DNA of 63,908 nucleotides, filler included, from Craspedostauros australis (lineage: Eukaryota), in NCBI GenBank assembly GCA_030167865.1. It is 12 parts of 12 records of this genome, joined end to end, with 100 filler letters (N's around TTAATTAATTAA, not from the genome) between each part and the next. Parts side by side here need not be neighbours in the genome. Positions count along the whole stretch, not along the records: positions 21,851 to 28,192 come from JALAGF010005542.1; positions 28,293 to 29,799 come from JALAGF010005544.1; positions 29,900 to 41,240 come from JALAGF010005546.1; 9 more parts are not named here. One strand, written 5' to 3'. Positions 24,066-37,130 of the stretch are shown one piece after another. The notes under the pieces are model-generated. The model made no database searches, was not told the origin of the DNA, and saw only the letters and a list, made by a program, of their open reading frames with translations. A program made the position numbers and the translations under genes. Positions within the stretch are counted from its first letter, which is position 1, and the number at the start of each line of letters is the position of its first letter.

Positions 24066-25694
24066 CTCCTCCTATCTATCACGTTAGCGTGGTGGCAAGG
24101 TGGGCGCACATGCTGCAAAGCACGAGACGCGCACGATGCAAGTTGCGCAGTGCTGAATTGGATACTGCGAATTGCTGGTGCCGAAATGGAAGTGGATAGC
24201 ACCCTTGCCCCAGTCCTGTAAGCAGTGGCAACCCCAACCTGCACAGCCCTAACCCAGGTCATGGCCCTCTGGCCCTCTCATCTCAGCCCAAATTCTAACC
24301 CTGAGCAACTTAATGGCTCTGTCCAAACAACGTCATCAGCACACAGTTGCCTCTACCATCACTCTGGTCTTGCTCTTCCTGTAGACTCTTGCTTTTCTCT
24401 CCATCACATCATTTTTTGCTTCCTGCCGTGTTCTTGTCTCACCCCAGGAGAAGCGAAACAAACAGGAACTCAGCAACTCGAGAAGAGCAGAGCAAAGTAC
24501 ATCAGGAATGTGCCGTAATGACCATCGGCTGACTTTACAACAGAGAATGGGAACCTTATCCTGCTGTACCTATCTTGGCTCAGCGTCTTCCCCCCTTGTA
24601 TGACACGAGGGACCACACATGGAACGCACGAGATCATGGTGCGACGAACCTGCCAGTGATCACAGCGCCCCCGCTCACGAAGAATAGGAGGCTGGTAACA
24701 CACAAGCCAAAGTACCAGCAGCATCAACAACAGCAACATCTCACTATACCTGGTGGAATATGCTGATAGCTCTGCACCTTGTGCAATCCCATCCTAATAC
24801 CGTATGGCACAGCGCAGCGCACATCCCATCGCATGCTGGCGCAGTTTTGCTCCTCCACACCTGCTGTTCCAAGTCCACCGTGAGAAACTGCGTGCGATCA
24901 ATTGGGGCCAAAAACACCCGAAATCTGGACCCGTTTGCGCGACTGCAGATACACGTCTGAAAGCGGTTTGGAGTGCCTTGCTGCAGTCCGTCTGAGAGAG
25001 GAAAAAAGAACATTTTTGCCGCTCGCCAACATCCAATTTAGAGTCAGTGATGAGCCGCATCCAGGCCACATGCCAATAACTGAATCTAAAGCACGATACA
25101 GCACGACAGAATAGGTGCCTTCATGACCTCCTAACCCATCCAATATAAGTTTTAAGCATGTAGTTCTTCCATATATCTCCAAGAAGTATATAGCAAGGCT
25201 TCATGAAGTTTGTAGCAGGATCTCAGATGCGATTCCGGCTTGGGTGTAACATTTTCTCTGCGGCGGTTGTAAATTGCAATCATTTCACAACGGAGTAATA
25301 CGAGATAACATTTCTGGAGGTCCATTTCAAATGGTTGGTCGACTCGCAAACCCGGCTCGTACCACCTACTATGGTTACAACTGAGCCCTCGTTGGGAGAA
25401 CAACATACACCGCATAGGGCACGCCCCGCGTTCTCAACGACGAACAAGGACACCTCGCAGACATCCAAGGAGAGAAACATCCGGAATGAGGAACGAACAA
25501 CGAACCAGGAATAAGCGATCTTTTCCGGATGAGAAGGATTCCTGGACCTCGAGAGCTGCCAAAAGCCACCACACATCAACACAAGCCGCTACATGCCGAC
25601 AAACGTCACTCTCTCTCTGGCGCCGCTAACCACACCAACCACACCAACCAAATGAACATTGACAACTCACAAGTCCAAGGCAGAATTGTTGACG

Positions 25695-26729
25695 ATGGGT
25701 CGTTCTTCGGGTGGAATTCATGCGGAGTCTGGTGGACTCAAGCACTCCAACCACAAGGCTACCTTGGCAAGTGGCCATAGCAGGGTCGCAATTCCCTCGG
25801 CGAAACAGATGAACAATGGCGATGGAATCAGTCGTCGCCGGTCGACCACGACGAACAAGGCTGCAATACTCGCAGTGTTGGCATTTTCGCTCGTAGCCCT
25901 CCAATCCTCCGTGATGCAGATCTCACCATGGCGGTGTTCATCCTCAACAATGGGTAGCGCAAAGACAGAATCTGCGATCTTTGAGGGACCGCGGTCATCT
26001 CCCATTGTGGAACACACTCCCAAAGAAAAGAAAAACCGGTTGGTGCTTCACTTCGGACCACCGAAGACTGCCACGACCACCGTGCAAGCGGACTTGGTGG
26101 AGCTCAGAAACAAGCAGATCCTCGCCAGCGACCACTACTGGGATTCAGGACTAGAATGCCTGAAAGAGCCATTTACGGATCAACAGCTGCAATTGTGTTC
26201 AATCGAACAATTGTTCCACATATGGGCCCTGCATGAGCCTTACACCGAGTACAGGAACCAACTGGCACAGAAAATGCTCGTGAACAGTCAAGCGCTCGCA
26301 AGTATCACAGATCAAGCAGCATTGGGTTCATCATGGCAGCCACCGCCACCGAGATTGCCAGCCCCTTTGGTGGAAACGCAACGAGTACTTGATGTGGCCA
26401 AAGAGCAGAACATCTCGTTGGTGTACAGCAGCGAGTTCCAGGGCGAATTCTGGTGGTTTGATAAAACACGATTTCAGAGTCCGACGTACTTCAACAACTT
26501 GCGTCACTTCCTCGAAGACTGGGATGTATCGGTGGTCGTCACCTACCGACGCGCCTTTGACTGGATGCTCAGCGCCTGGAAGCAAATCGTCGGGATGGAG
26601 GCAGAGGAAGGCAAGCCCTCAATTCGTTGGCCTATGAAAGGTGGAGTAATAAACACAAACACGTGGACAATTATTCGAGAGTATATGACCCCATTCAGGA
26701 TAGAAACGTACGTTTTTGCGGATTTTTAA
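25695..26729 (+). CDS. Type II membrane P-loop sulfotransferase-like protein, probably 3'-truncated
   Basis: Signal anchor AAILAVLAFSLVALQ; RLVLHFGPPKTATTTVQ (PAPS 5'-binding-like loop); LVYSSE and VVVTYRRAFDWMLSAWKQ (3'-binding-like). Sequence turns AT-rich abruptly after about 26700. Confidence 0.7.
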   Translation: MGRSSGGIHAESGGLKHSNHKATLASGHSRVAIPSAKQMNNGDGISRRRSTTTNKAAILAVLAFSLVALQSSVMQISPWRCSSSTMGSAKTESAIFEGPRSSPIVEHTPKEKKNRLVLHFGPPKTATTTVQADLVELRNKQILASDHYWDSGLECLKEPFTDQQLQLCSIEQLFHIWALHEPYTEYRNQLAQKMLVNSQALASITDQAALGSSWQPPPPRLPAPLVETQRVLDVAKEQNISLVYSSEFQGEFWWFDKTRFQSPTYFNNLRHFLEDWDVSVVVTYRRAFDWMLSAWKQIVGMEAEEGKPSIRWPMKGGVINTNTWTIIREYMTPFRIETYVFADF

Positions 26730-28282
26730 GATATGCGCTTAGATCATCCTATTATGTTGTAGAGAGTATATGAGTGAAGTTAAAAGATCCTGGGCCTTGT
26801 AGTTAAAAAGTTTATATTTTTCGCATAAGTCTACAACTATAAGCGTTGAGCATGCGGACGTTGAGAGGCACATAGGGTTCGGAATCGCCAGTCGTGCTTC
26901 GGCTCGCTGTCCAGTCGTGTCCATCATCGGCGCTCTCGCATTTCGCACGGGTGAGACGGTTGGGTGCGAAGAAATGATGAGGATTGCGCAGTGGCGGCAG
27001 GCTTGCTGCGGCCGATGCTTCGTCTGGGCTGCCGATCAGGCATCGCAATCCAGAGTTGTGGGTTGGTGGGTAATCCAGATCTTGATGCCCAGCTTGACTT
27101 CCACACTGCTTTGTTCTCTGTTCTGCTGCTATTCACGGCCATCGTTGGCTTCTGGCCGTTTTTCATCTGCTTTGCTCTTGGCCTCTTGTTTCAGTGTCAA
27201 TCACTTGATTCTTCCGAATTGAACGCATTTTTGTGTGTTTTCCTGTTTCCAGAGACGCATGATTTTCTTGTTCTCAACGTATTTCACGTTTTGGACGAGA
27301 ACAAAGGCCTGACGTCATCAAATATTGATTCCAAATTTCTGATTTCTGATCATGTGTCGGCGAGAGGTGTTCTCCACGATAGTGTTTGAATTTTCAGTGA
27401 CCAATCATTTCTTCTCGATGTCGCACCATATCTTCACGAAAGAGGGACAGACCTTGTATTTGGCAGTGAATACCAGCGGCGGTTGGGATCTTGGCGGGAG
27501 AGAGTTCAACTCGTGATCCTGTTGTGTTGGGTGCAATCTCTCCAAGTTCGCCAACCTCTATCGCACCCACACACCACAANNNNNNNNNNNNNNNNNNNNN
27601 NNNNNNNNNNNNNNNNNNNNNNNNNNNNNGATCCTGTTGTGTTGGGTGCAATCTCTCCAAGTTCGCCAACCTCTATCGCACCCACACACCACAAGCTACG
27701 ATTCCAACAACAATGACAACAACAATCTAACCACAAAAGCAGCTCCTGAAGAATCTGCGTTGTGACCGCCAGTTGTCATGATCGGAGATCGTTCCATGGA
27801 AGCGATTGNNNNNNNNNNNNNNNNNNNNTACTGAATTCATTGTTGGGGGCAACACGCATCTCGCACACTCAAAATTTGTCACTCTGCCTGGGAAACCTTT
27901 GACCGTGCGAGATGTGTGCGCTCCGCGCGCGCGCAACACTTGTGATGTTGACATCTGTCGAAGGACCACTTTCGATTCACATTGTCCACGTCGCGTGCAA
28001 TGATTGGTGCAAAAACAAGTCCATCCGGTCGAGGGTTGTGACATGTTGGTGATTCCTTTGGTCTCTCTTGGGTCATTCATCCAAGGAATGTCGGATGAAG
28101 GATCAGGCGCGTGCCGCCGGGATTGATCAGTGTTTGCAGATTGAGATGGTGGCGCTCAAGTATCAGATCGGTGTTGCCCCTGGCATCTGGCCNNNNNNNN
28201 NNNNNNNNNNNNNNNNNNNNNNNNNNNNNNNNNNNNTTAATTAATTAANNNNNNNNNNNNNNNNNNNNNNNNNNNNNNNNNN

Positions 28283-29799
28283 NNNNNNNNNNGCTCGTGG
28301 CATGTGTGTGGAAGCATGTGCGGGTGTCACTTTTTTTTGGGACTGCTGGGCAGCACCACACGGGCGTCCCAGGCGCAGCTGATGGACAATGTTCGCAGAC
28401 GAAGACAACCAGCTTGTTGCAGACGATACATCGTCCTCGAGCAGATCTCTGTCCTCGTCTCAAGCGCCCTTTCCGATCCTTGTACACATTTGGCAGTTTT
28501 TTCTGTGATTTCACCAGGTGGTGATGGCCGCTTCGGTGTGATGATTGTTTCTGTTGCTGTTGTGGTTGGCTGTTGTTGTTGGTCGCGCTGTCGTTTGGCT
28601 CGTTGGATNNNNNNNNNNNNNNNNNNNNNNNNNNNNNNNNNNNNNNNNNNNNNAGAATAGATGTGGTTTCCAGACACCGTGGCGTGTCATGTTCGTTGTT
28701 GCAGATCATGTCCTGCGCGAGCATGTTGATGAAGGTTCGCAGCGTAACCTGTTTGTGCCTGTGGCGAGAACCGAGATGATATGTGTATGCCTTCATTGTA
28801 TCCACGACAGTGAGGGCGAACAAAGTTGTCACCAGGCGGAAATACCCGTCCTTTGTCACCCAGATCCTCTCGAGTCCCAACACATCTTGGCGAACATGAT
28901 TGTGCGTGTCCACNGCATTGCATGCACCAAAATACTTACTCGCCACCTNGGGTCGTGGAACCTCCTTCGTTNGATGCCTGCGTTCGTCGTCGATCCATCT
29001 TGCGATGTAGGGTGTGNATGCCCCCAAATGTCCTGATCCAGAGGAGAACACAAATGGAATCACTGAATTGCGCGAGTACTTGTATCCCAGGGCGTATATT
29101 TCTGTTGCGGTATCATCACGATCAACATCCCCATCGTCGCGGTTGCGTTTCAGAAGCAGCTGTGTTCCGGAGGGCCAGTCGCTCATCTTTTCTTGGAGGA
29201 ACTTGAGNNNNNNNNNNNNNNNNNNNNNNNNNNNNNNNNNNNNNNNNNNNNNNNNNNGTTTCGAGACACCGTGGCGTGTCATGTTCGTCGTTGAGGATCA
29301 TGTCCTCCGCAAGCATGTTGATGAAGGTTCGCAGGGTAACCTTTTTGTGCCTGTGGCGAGACCCGAGATGATACATGTATGCCTTCATTGCATCCACGAC
29401 AGTGAGGGCGAACAAAGTCGTCGCCAGGCGGAAATACCCGTCCTTTGTCACCCAGATCCTCTCGAGTCCCAACACATCTTGGCGAACATGATTGTGCGTG
29501 TCCACGGCATTGCATGCACCAAAATACTTACTCGCCACCTCGGGTCGTGGAACCTCCTTCGTTNGATGCCTGCGTTCGTCGTCGATCCATCTTGCGATGT
29601 AGGGTGTGNATGCCCCCAAATGTCCTGATCCAGAGGAGAACACAAATGGAATCACTGAATTGCGCGAGTACTTGTATCCCAGGGCGTATATTTCTGTTGC
29701 GGTATCATCACGATCAACATCCCCATCGTCGCGGTTGCGTTTCAGAAGCAGCTGTGTTCCGGAGGGCCAGTCGCTCATCTTTTCTTGGAGGAACTTGAG
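28283..29799 (-). mobile_element. piggyBac-like (DDE_Tnp_1_7 / PGBD) transposase, C-terminal half, present as two overlapping assembled copies
   Basis: VPRPEVASKYFGACNAVDTHNHVRQDVLGLERIWVTKDGYFRL...VVDAMKAY (third catalytic Asp region) and a C-terminal Cys-rich domain RGRCIVC...VCEHC...WCC...TCFHTH. 28654-29207 and 29258-29799 are near-identical. Confidence 0.8.
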
Positions 29800-29899
29800 N
29801 NNNNNNNNNNNNNNNNNNNNNNNNNNNNNNNNNNNNNNNNNNNTTAATTAATTAANNNNNNNNNNNNNNNNNNNNNNNNNNNNNNNNNNNNNNNNNNNN

Positions 29900-32800
29900 G
29901 TGCTCGGCATCGAGTGCGGCTGGTACGTGATGAGCACCATGATGTGGATGACAACAGCCATTGTGCTATTCGCCCTCCACACCGGTGTTCCACGGCATTA
30001 CCAACCCACCTCGACCCGAACAAGCCATGCAACCAACGTCTGGAAGAAGAAACAACGAAAGCGTTTTAAAACTCACCAACACTTCTACCATCATCCAGCC
30101 ATGCCAGCAAACAGTCTGTACGACTCTGTGTTTGGCAACGACGACTTCAAGCACTTCCTCCACGACAAACGCACCACCATCGCAAAATTCGACGCTCCAC
30201 GTGCGAACCACCGAAACAAAACCCGACGGGTTCGCCGATGCAGAGGTACAAGCCAAAACTCCTGTCGCGCGAAGCATACGCCCAGTCCCGCTNGTCCACC
30301 CAACAAACGCAACGAAGCACGACCAAGTGAACACGCAAGCGCCAACGTACTTGCCAACGCCTATTACACCCTCACGGCCATCTTCGGTTGTAAACACGCC
30401 TTTGCCGCGCCTCACAAGGTAGAAGAGGTCATCCCAAGCGGTGGCTCCTTCGATGTAGTGTGGGACACCGGTGCCTCCATCTGTGTCACCAATGACATGA
30501 ACGATTTTGTGGGCCCCACCTCTGCACCAACAAAACCAACCTTCCTTAACGGGTTCTTGCGTCGCACCAAAGTCAAGACGAAGGGCACAGTGGAGTGGTC
30601 GATCCTCGACACCAACGGCAAGCCACGATCCTTGCGTCTCCCGGCCTTCTACGTACCGGGATCATCCGTCAAACTCATCAGCACCACAAGCCTCCTCCAT
30701 CAGTACAAAGGAGAGAACATCATCGTGGAAGCCACCAACATCAAGCTGAGCGGTATCCCAGGAAACGAAGAACGAGGATCCATCATCGCCCACAACCGGA
30801 AAGCAAATCGTCTTCCCACATCACGTGCCTATCGCACAGGCGACCTCTCCGACGTGCCAGCCGCGCTCACAACAACCATCACTTCTGTGGCACAACACAA
30901 CCAAAATCTAAGCCAACCACAGAAGGAACTCCTCAAGTGGCACTACCGACTCGGGCACCTCTCCTTCCGACGCGTGCAATTCCTACTTCGATCCGGTGCA
31001 CTCGTCAACACCGAGGCATCACGAAAAATGCAAACAGCAGCCGCCCGTGTGCAGGAGTGCCCGCTATGNGCGGCATGCCAATTCGGCAAACAACACCGCA
31101 GACCNANGCCAGGCACAACACAGCACGCAATACTGGACCGACAGGGTGTGATCAAAACTGATCATCTCTTCCCTGGCCAACAGGTCTCCGTGGATCACTT
31201 CGTGGGACGCACGCTGGGCCGCCTATTCACTGGAAGGGGCAAATCTGACGCCTCGGAAATGTACAAGGGCGGAGCGATGTTTGTGGATCATGCATCAGGG
31301 TACATTCACGTGGAACCTGTCGCGTCCCTCACAACCCACGCAACACTTGAAGCGAAGACGCGATTCGAGTCCATGTGTCGCGATGTGGGAGTACCAGTGC
31401 GCTCCTATCTATCGGACAATGCCACCACCTTCACATCTCCAGACTACACCAAACACCTCGAGCGCTTCCACCAAGTGCATCGCTTCGCCGGAGTTGGTGC
31501 CCATCATCACAACGGAGTGGCCGAGCGGAGCATCCGTACCATCATCTCCATGGCACGCACAATGATGATGCATCAGAGTATTCACTGGCCGACGATGTTT
31601 GACGCACAGCATTGGCCCATGGCAGTCGTGCATGCGGCGTATATTCACAATCGGGTCCCCAACGCAGCCACCGGATTGACACCAATGGACATTCTCTCGC
31701 GTACGCGCATCCCGCTGAAGCAACTCCACAACCTTCATGTGTGGGGCAGCCCAGTGTACGTGTTGAACAAAGCTCTTGGCGATGGCCGCAAGATCCCACG
31801 ATGGGAACCACGCGGAGAACGGTACGTCAACATGGGCCTTTCCACCCGTCACGCATCAACGGTTCCCCTCGTGTTGTCACCACGGACAGGATCAATCACC
31901 CCGCAATTTCACGTCGTTTTTGACGATTGGTTCGCAACCATCGCAACAAACCCAAGCGACCTTCCCGACTACAACACCAGTGAGTGGACCCACATGTTCG
32001 GCGATACAACCTACCAAATCCCTTTTGACGACGAAGACATCATCGCCATGGAAGAAAGAGACATCGAACGTGAAGACGCAAACGACCACCAACGGTTCCA
32101 CTCCACAAACGATGCCCCGATGCCACCGCCATCATCAGGCGCGCCACCGGTATTCACGCGAACTCCGATCAACACAGATTCACCAGCTCACATTTTGGAA
32201 CAGCCGTCTGAACCGGAAATGAACAGCGACACAACACCGGTCGATCAAGTGCAACCACCTCAACCAACCTACCAACCAGCGGAGACTGTTGAAGATCACA
32301 CACGCACACCACCAGTGCCACCAACAGAGGGAGGCGAGGAGCCGAAAGAACGTGCCGTTACAACTTCGCCAAACCTGTTGCCACCAACAGAGGGAGCGAC
32401 AAACGATGACGAAAGTGGTGTAATGCCGATCGCAAGTGATTCCCCTCCAGCTTCGCCACCTCGTGAACCCATTCACGCGCCAACGAAAAGAGACAAGGCA
32501 AAATCATCCAAGCCACCTCCACTTCGCCGCTCGGAGCGTATCAACAAACGAGAGCCACGAGAACGCAAAACCGTCGAGCGACTCACCTACAACAAGTTAG
32601 GGGGCAAAGTCGTGTGGGCAGATGACGACACGCTACCCATCGAAGCTAGCGCTAACGTGACAACTCAACACACAGGTGACCACAGCAAGACCCAAGCGGT
32701 ACAGAGCATGAAGAAGGCCCTGCAGGAGTGCCGCCAGTCGCTAATGGAGTTCACGGAGCACCCTGACGACCAGGTAACACAAAAAGCCAAGGTCCTGGTC

Positions 32801-35800
32801 CGTGACGCGGAATCCATGCTCCGAAATTTGAAAACCATCGATACCGAAGAGCTACGAAAGGACGAACGGCGTTGGGCGCAGGGCGACCTCGAAATGGAAC
32901 GGATGCTACGTGCAAGACAGCTCGAGATCCGAGCCGAGATGCGCAGGGAACAAGAGGAGGCAGCGGCCGATGAAGCTACATCCCGGCATGAACACCACAT
33001 CCTCATGATGAGCATCCAGTCCGACTCGTCCTCAGAGGACGACGATTCATCCACCGGCAACACCATGGACCCCATCGACATCGGCCACCTGTGGCCACAT
33101 CACGTCAACATCACCCGGCACATCCGCCACTACTTTGACCATGTGGTGCAGTTCCGGTTCCCGACGGAAGCTGCAAGGAGCCAGTGCATCTACTACGCCA
33201 TCCGTAGATTTGTTGACGCTGTCGATGAAATGCTCGAAACAGGTGAGTATCACCTCCCCGTCTCGTACTTCGGATTCATACCAAGAATACAAGGTCAACG
33301 GTATACCCTGGAGCGAGCCATCGCGGCCATGGAAAACGGTCTATGACCACCGGACGAAGATGAACGGGTACAGGACTTCATGCGACGAGCGGGCTTCGCG
33401 TGGCATCTCATCACGCATGACGAGCGATTTGAGATTGGAATACTTCACTTGCACATCCAGCTTGGAGTCGCACCCGAGGTACCACCAACGATCATGGCAC
33501 CACCGAGCGAATTCGAACAGGCCGAACAGCACGCTTCGGCACCAACTCACCACGCCCACCATCCACCGCAGCATGATGATGAAACCGACGAACACTACGC
33601 AATGGCGGCAGCGGTCGAGCACAACGACAACGACAACGACAACCACAGTGCCCTCATCACATACGACCTGCTCAGCTTCTTCACCAGCGGCGGCGATCTC
33701 GACATCACGAACCGGCACTTCAGCTACAAGGCATCGAAAGCTGACCCCGACACTCTATCTTTCAGCGAGGCCATGAATGACGACAACAAGAATGAATGGA
33801 TGGCCGCCGCACACAAGGAAATCCACGATCTCACCAACAAAGGGACGTGGATTGAAGTGCCGAAATCCTCCACCACCGATCGCATCTTCCCGGGGACGTG
33901 GGTATTCCGACGCAAGCGAATGCCCGACGGGACGGTCAAGAAGTATATAGGCCGATGGTGCTGCAGAGGCGATATGATGACCGAAACGGAGGCAACCTAC
34001 GCTCCGGTTGTCGCATGGTCATCCGTCCGTGTCTTTCTCATCCTTTCCATTTTGCTCCGCTGGGTCACGACATCGATCGATTTTTCGAACGCGTTCGTCC
34101 AAGCCGACATCCACCGACCTGTCTACTTACACCTCCCTCGCGGTTTCCGATCAACAAATGGACCTGACACGTGCCTCAAGCTGATTAAAAGCCTTTATGG
34201 TCTCACTATAGCTCCCAAGCTATGGTATCAGCATCTCGTGCGCGCCCTCCTTGCGGAAGGGTTTCACGCGTGTGACCAAGAGAAGTGCCTGTTCATGCGC
34301 GACGGCATGATGATCGTTCTCTACGTGGACGACGCTGGTATCGCTTCGCGTACGGAAGAAGAGGCAGACGCATTCATCGAGTCCATGCGCAAACGCGGGT
34401 TTGATCTCACACGAGAGGGCACGTTCACGGAGTTCCTGGGAATATCACTGCACCGAGACCCCAAAAACAACACCATCCACCTCAAGCAGACCGGNTTAAT
34501 CAACAAGATCATNGAGGCCNCCGGNATGCAGNANTGCAAACCAAANGTNACACCAACAACACAACTCGCCCTCGGCGCCTCAACNGACCAACCGCCAATG
34601 AAGGAAGCATGGAACTACNGCTCCATCGTCGGCATGCTGCTCTACTTGACTACGAACACACGCCCCGACNTGGCCTTCGCCGTCTCTCAAGTGGCCCGAT
34701 TCAGCAACGACCCCCGCCAACCGCACGCAAAGGCCATCAAGATGATCGTGCGATACCTCCGCCACACAAACACCATGGGCACTATCGTACGGCCAACGGG
34801 CCAACTCAACTTGGAGTGTTACGTCGATGCCGATTTNNNNNNNNNNNNNNNNNNNNNNNNNNNNNNNNNNNNNNNNNNNNNNNNNNGGTCTCACTATAGC
34901 TCCCAAGCTATGGTATCAGCATCTCGTGCGCGCCCTCCTTGCGGAAGGGTTTCACGCGTGTGACCAAGAGAAGTGCCTGTTCATGCGCGACGGCATGATG
35001 ATCGTTCTCTACGTGGACGACGCTGGNATCGCTTCGCGTACGGAAGAAGAGGCAGACGCATTCATCGAGTCCATGCGCAAACGCGGNTTTGATCTCACAC
35101 GAGAGGGCACGTTCACGGAGTTCCTGGGAATATCACTGCACCGAGACCCCAAAAACAACACCATCCACCTCAAGCAGACCGGATTAATCAACAAGATCAT
35201 TGAGGCCGCCGGCATGCAGAATTGCAAACCAAACGTAACACCAACAACACAACTCGCCCTCGGCGCCTCAACTGACCAACCGCCAATGAAGGAAGCATGG
35301 AACTACTGCTCCATCGTCGGCATGCTGCTCTACTTGACTACGAACACACGCCCCGACCTGGCCTTCGCCGTCTCTCAAGTGGCCCGATTCAGCAACGACC
35401 CCCGCCAACCGCACGCAAAGGCCATCAAGATGATCGTGCGATACCTCCGCCACACAAACACCATGGGCACTATCGTACGGCCAACGGGCCAACTCAACTT
35501 GGAGTGTTACGTCGATGCCGATTTCGCTGGTCTGTACAAGCGTGAGTCCGACGATTCTCCCAACGCAGTACGCTCACGTACCGGCTACGTCATCATCCTC
35601 GGTGGCTGCCCGCTCGTGTGGAAATCGNNNNNNNNNNNNNNNNNNNNNNNNNNNNNNNNNNNNNNNNNNNNNNNNNNACAACTCATCAACGAAGTCAACG
35701 CATCAACGAGTCTCAATCAACCGCTGCAAACCAACATCCAATGCACCGTTTTTGAAGACAACGAGGCGTGCATCTCACTGGCGACAAACCACAAGGTCAC

Positions 35801-35972
35801 GGCGCGAACCAAACACTTTCTCACCAAATGGCATTTCTTCTGGCACTGGGTCAAGGAAGGCTTCATTCGAATCCTACACGTACCAACACCACATCAGGTC
35901 GCTGACATCTTCACCAAGGGCCTTGCGCGGGATGCTTTCGAACACCTGCGACGGATGCTCATGGGATGGTGA
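29900..35972 (+). CDS. Copia pol polyprotein; single frame 29900-34836 interrupted only by TGA at 33344-33346, continued in the overlapping contig 34887-35972
   Basis: ORFs 29900-33346 and 33380-34963 are in the same frame and separated by GGT CTA TGA CCA CCG. Confidence 0.85.
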
Positions 35973-36045
35973 TGGCACCACAAATTGTGAACTGTTGATC
36001 GAACAATGGAGGTTTTTACACCGGGGACATGCTTCGCACTACGCC

Positions 36046-36056
36046 GAGAGGGAGAG
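36046..36056 (+). promoter_or_regulatory. Polypurine tract of the copia element; 3' LTR starts about 36057
   Basis: GAGAGGGAGAG lies about 75 nt after the pol stop. LTR sequence 36140-36363 is repeated across an N gap (assembly overlap). Confidence 0.75.
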
Positions 36057-37130
36057 TTGGGACAGACTAGCTCCGGGACTTACTCGGGACTTGACTGTCC
36101 ATTCCGCGTACACGGTATTCGGTACCCAAGACCGATACTGTGATGAAAGGCTACCACACACACGATGTGTAGTTGAACTGCAATCCTTGCGTTGCTCGCC
36201 CTCCAGCTCATGCANNNNNNNNNNCTGTCCACCTCGTCACCCTGCCGAACATGCATCTGTCTTGAAGCATATCCATGTAAATGGATCAGCTACTGCTCTA
36301 CGGGTGATGATACTGGAAAGCTGTATGTGTGCAGGATCACCACGGCATGCTGCTGCGCAACAANNNNNNNNNNNNNNNNNNNNNNNNNNNNNNNNNNNNN
36401 NNNNNNNNNNNNNGTGATGAAAGGCTACCACACACACGATGTGTAGTTGAACTGCAATCCTTGCGTTGCTCGCCCTCCAGCTCATGCACCCCTGCCATCT
36501 GTCCACCTCGTCACCCTGCCGAACATGCATCTGTCTTGAAGCATATCCATGTAAATGGATCAGCTACTGCTCTACGGGTGATGATACTGGAAAGCTGTAT
36601 GTGTGCAGGATCACCACGGCATGCTGCTGCGCAACAAAGAACGGCTGAAGTACGACAGCACGAACCCCACCTTTTTACTCTATCGTCCTATCAATAGTAA
36701 GCTTAACACATAAAACAAGCAATCAGAAACAATCTTCACAGCTTACTTCCGAGTTTACTACAGTTACATCATCGTCTGATACAGCTTTGTCCTCAACATC
36801 AAACGGCGTCAAAACCGGTTGAAGGACAGACAATCCTCCTGACAACGTGCGAAAGACACGGAATACCAACTCGTCACCTTCATCACTCAACGCGCGCTCT
36901 GTTGGAGGGAGGAACAGCGCCATCCCTCCGCAGCCTCTTTCGTGAGAAGAGGGAGAGAAAAGACAGCGATCTGTTGTGGGCTACGCCACCGACCAACTCA
37001 TTCATCTGACCCCGGCTGTCGTCATACGAGCATCAGTAGCAACAGCAACATCAACATCCATCCACACCAATAAACTAAACAACAGAATCCTGGCTAACCT
37101 CCCAAGAGCGTGACGATATCCATTAGAAGC

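Larger units (their letters stand above)
29900..36770 (+). mobile_element. Ty1/copia LTR retrotransposon (diatom CoDi-like): PR-IN-[insert]-RT-RNaseH, PPT and 3' LTR; 5' end missing
   Basis: VVWDTGAS protease; KWHYRLGHLS...C.AC Zn region; VSVDH / FVDHASG / LSDNA / HHHNGVAER integrase; PQFHVVFDDWF; DPDTLSFSEAM, IDFSNAFVQ and LYVDD RT; YVDADFAG, FEDNEAC and ADIFTKGL RNase H ending RRMLMGW* at 35972. Copia domain order. The 3' LTR end is approximate. Confidence 0.93.

Noticed and set aside
24200..24305. Telomere-like CCCTAA motifs
   Set aside because: Only scattered single matches, no array.
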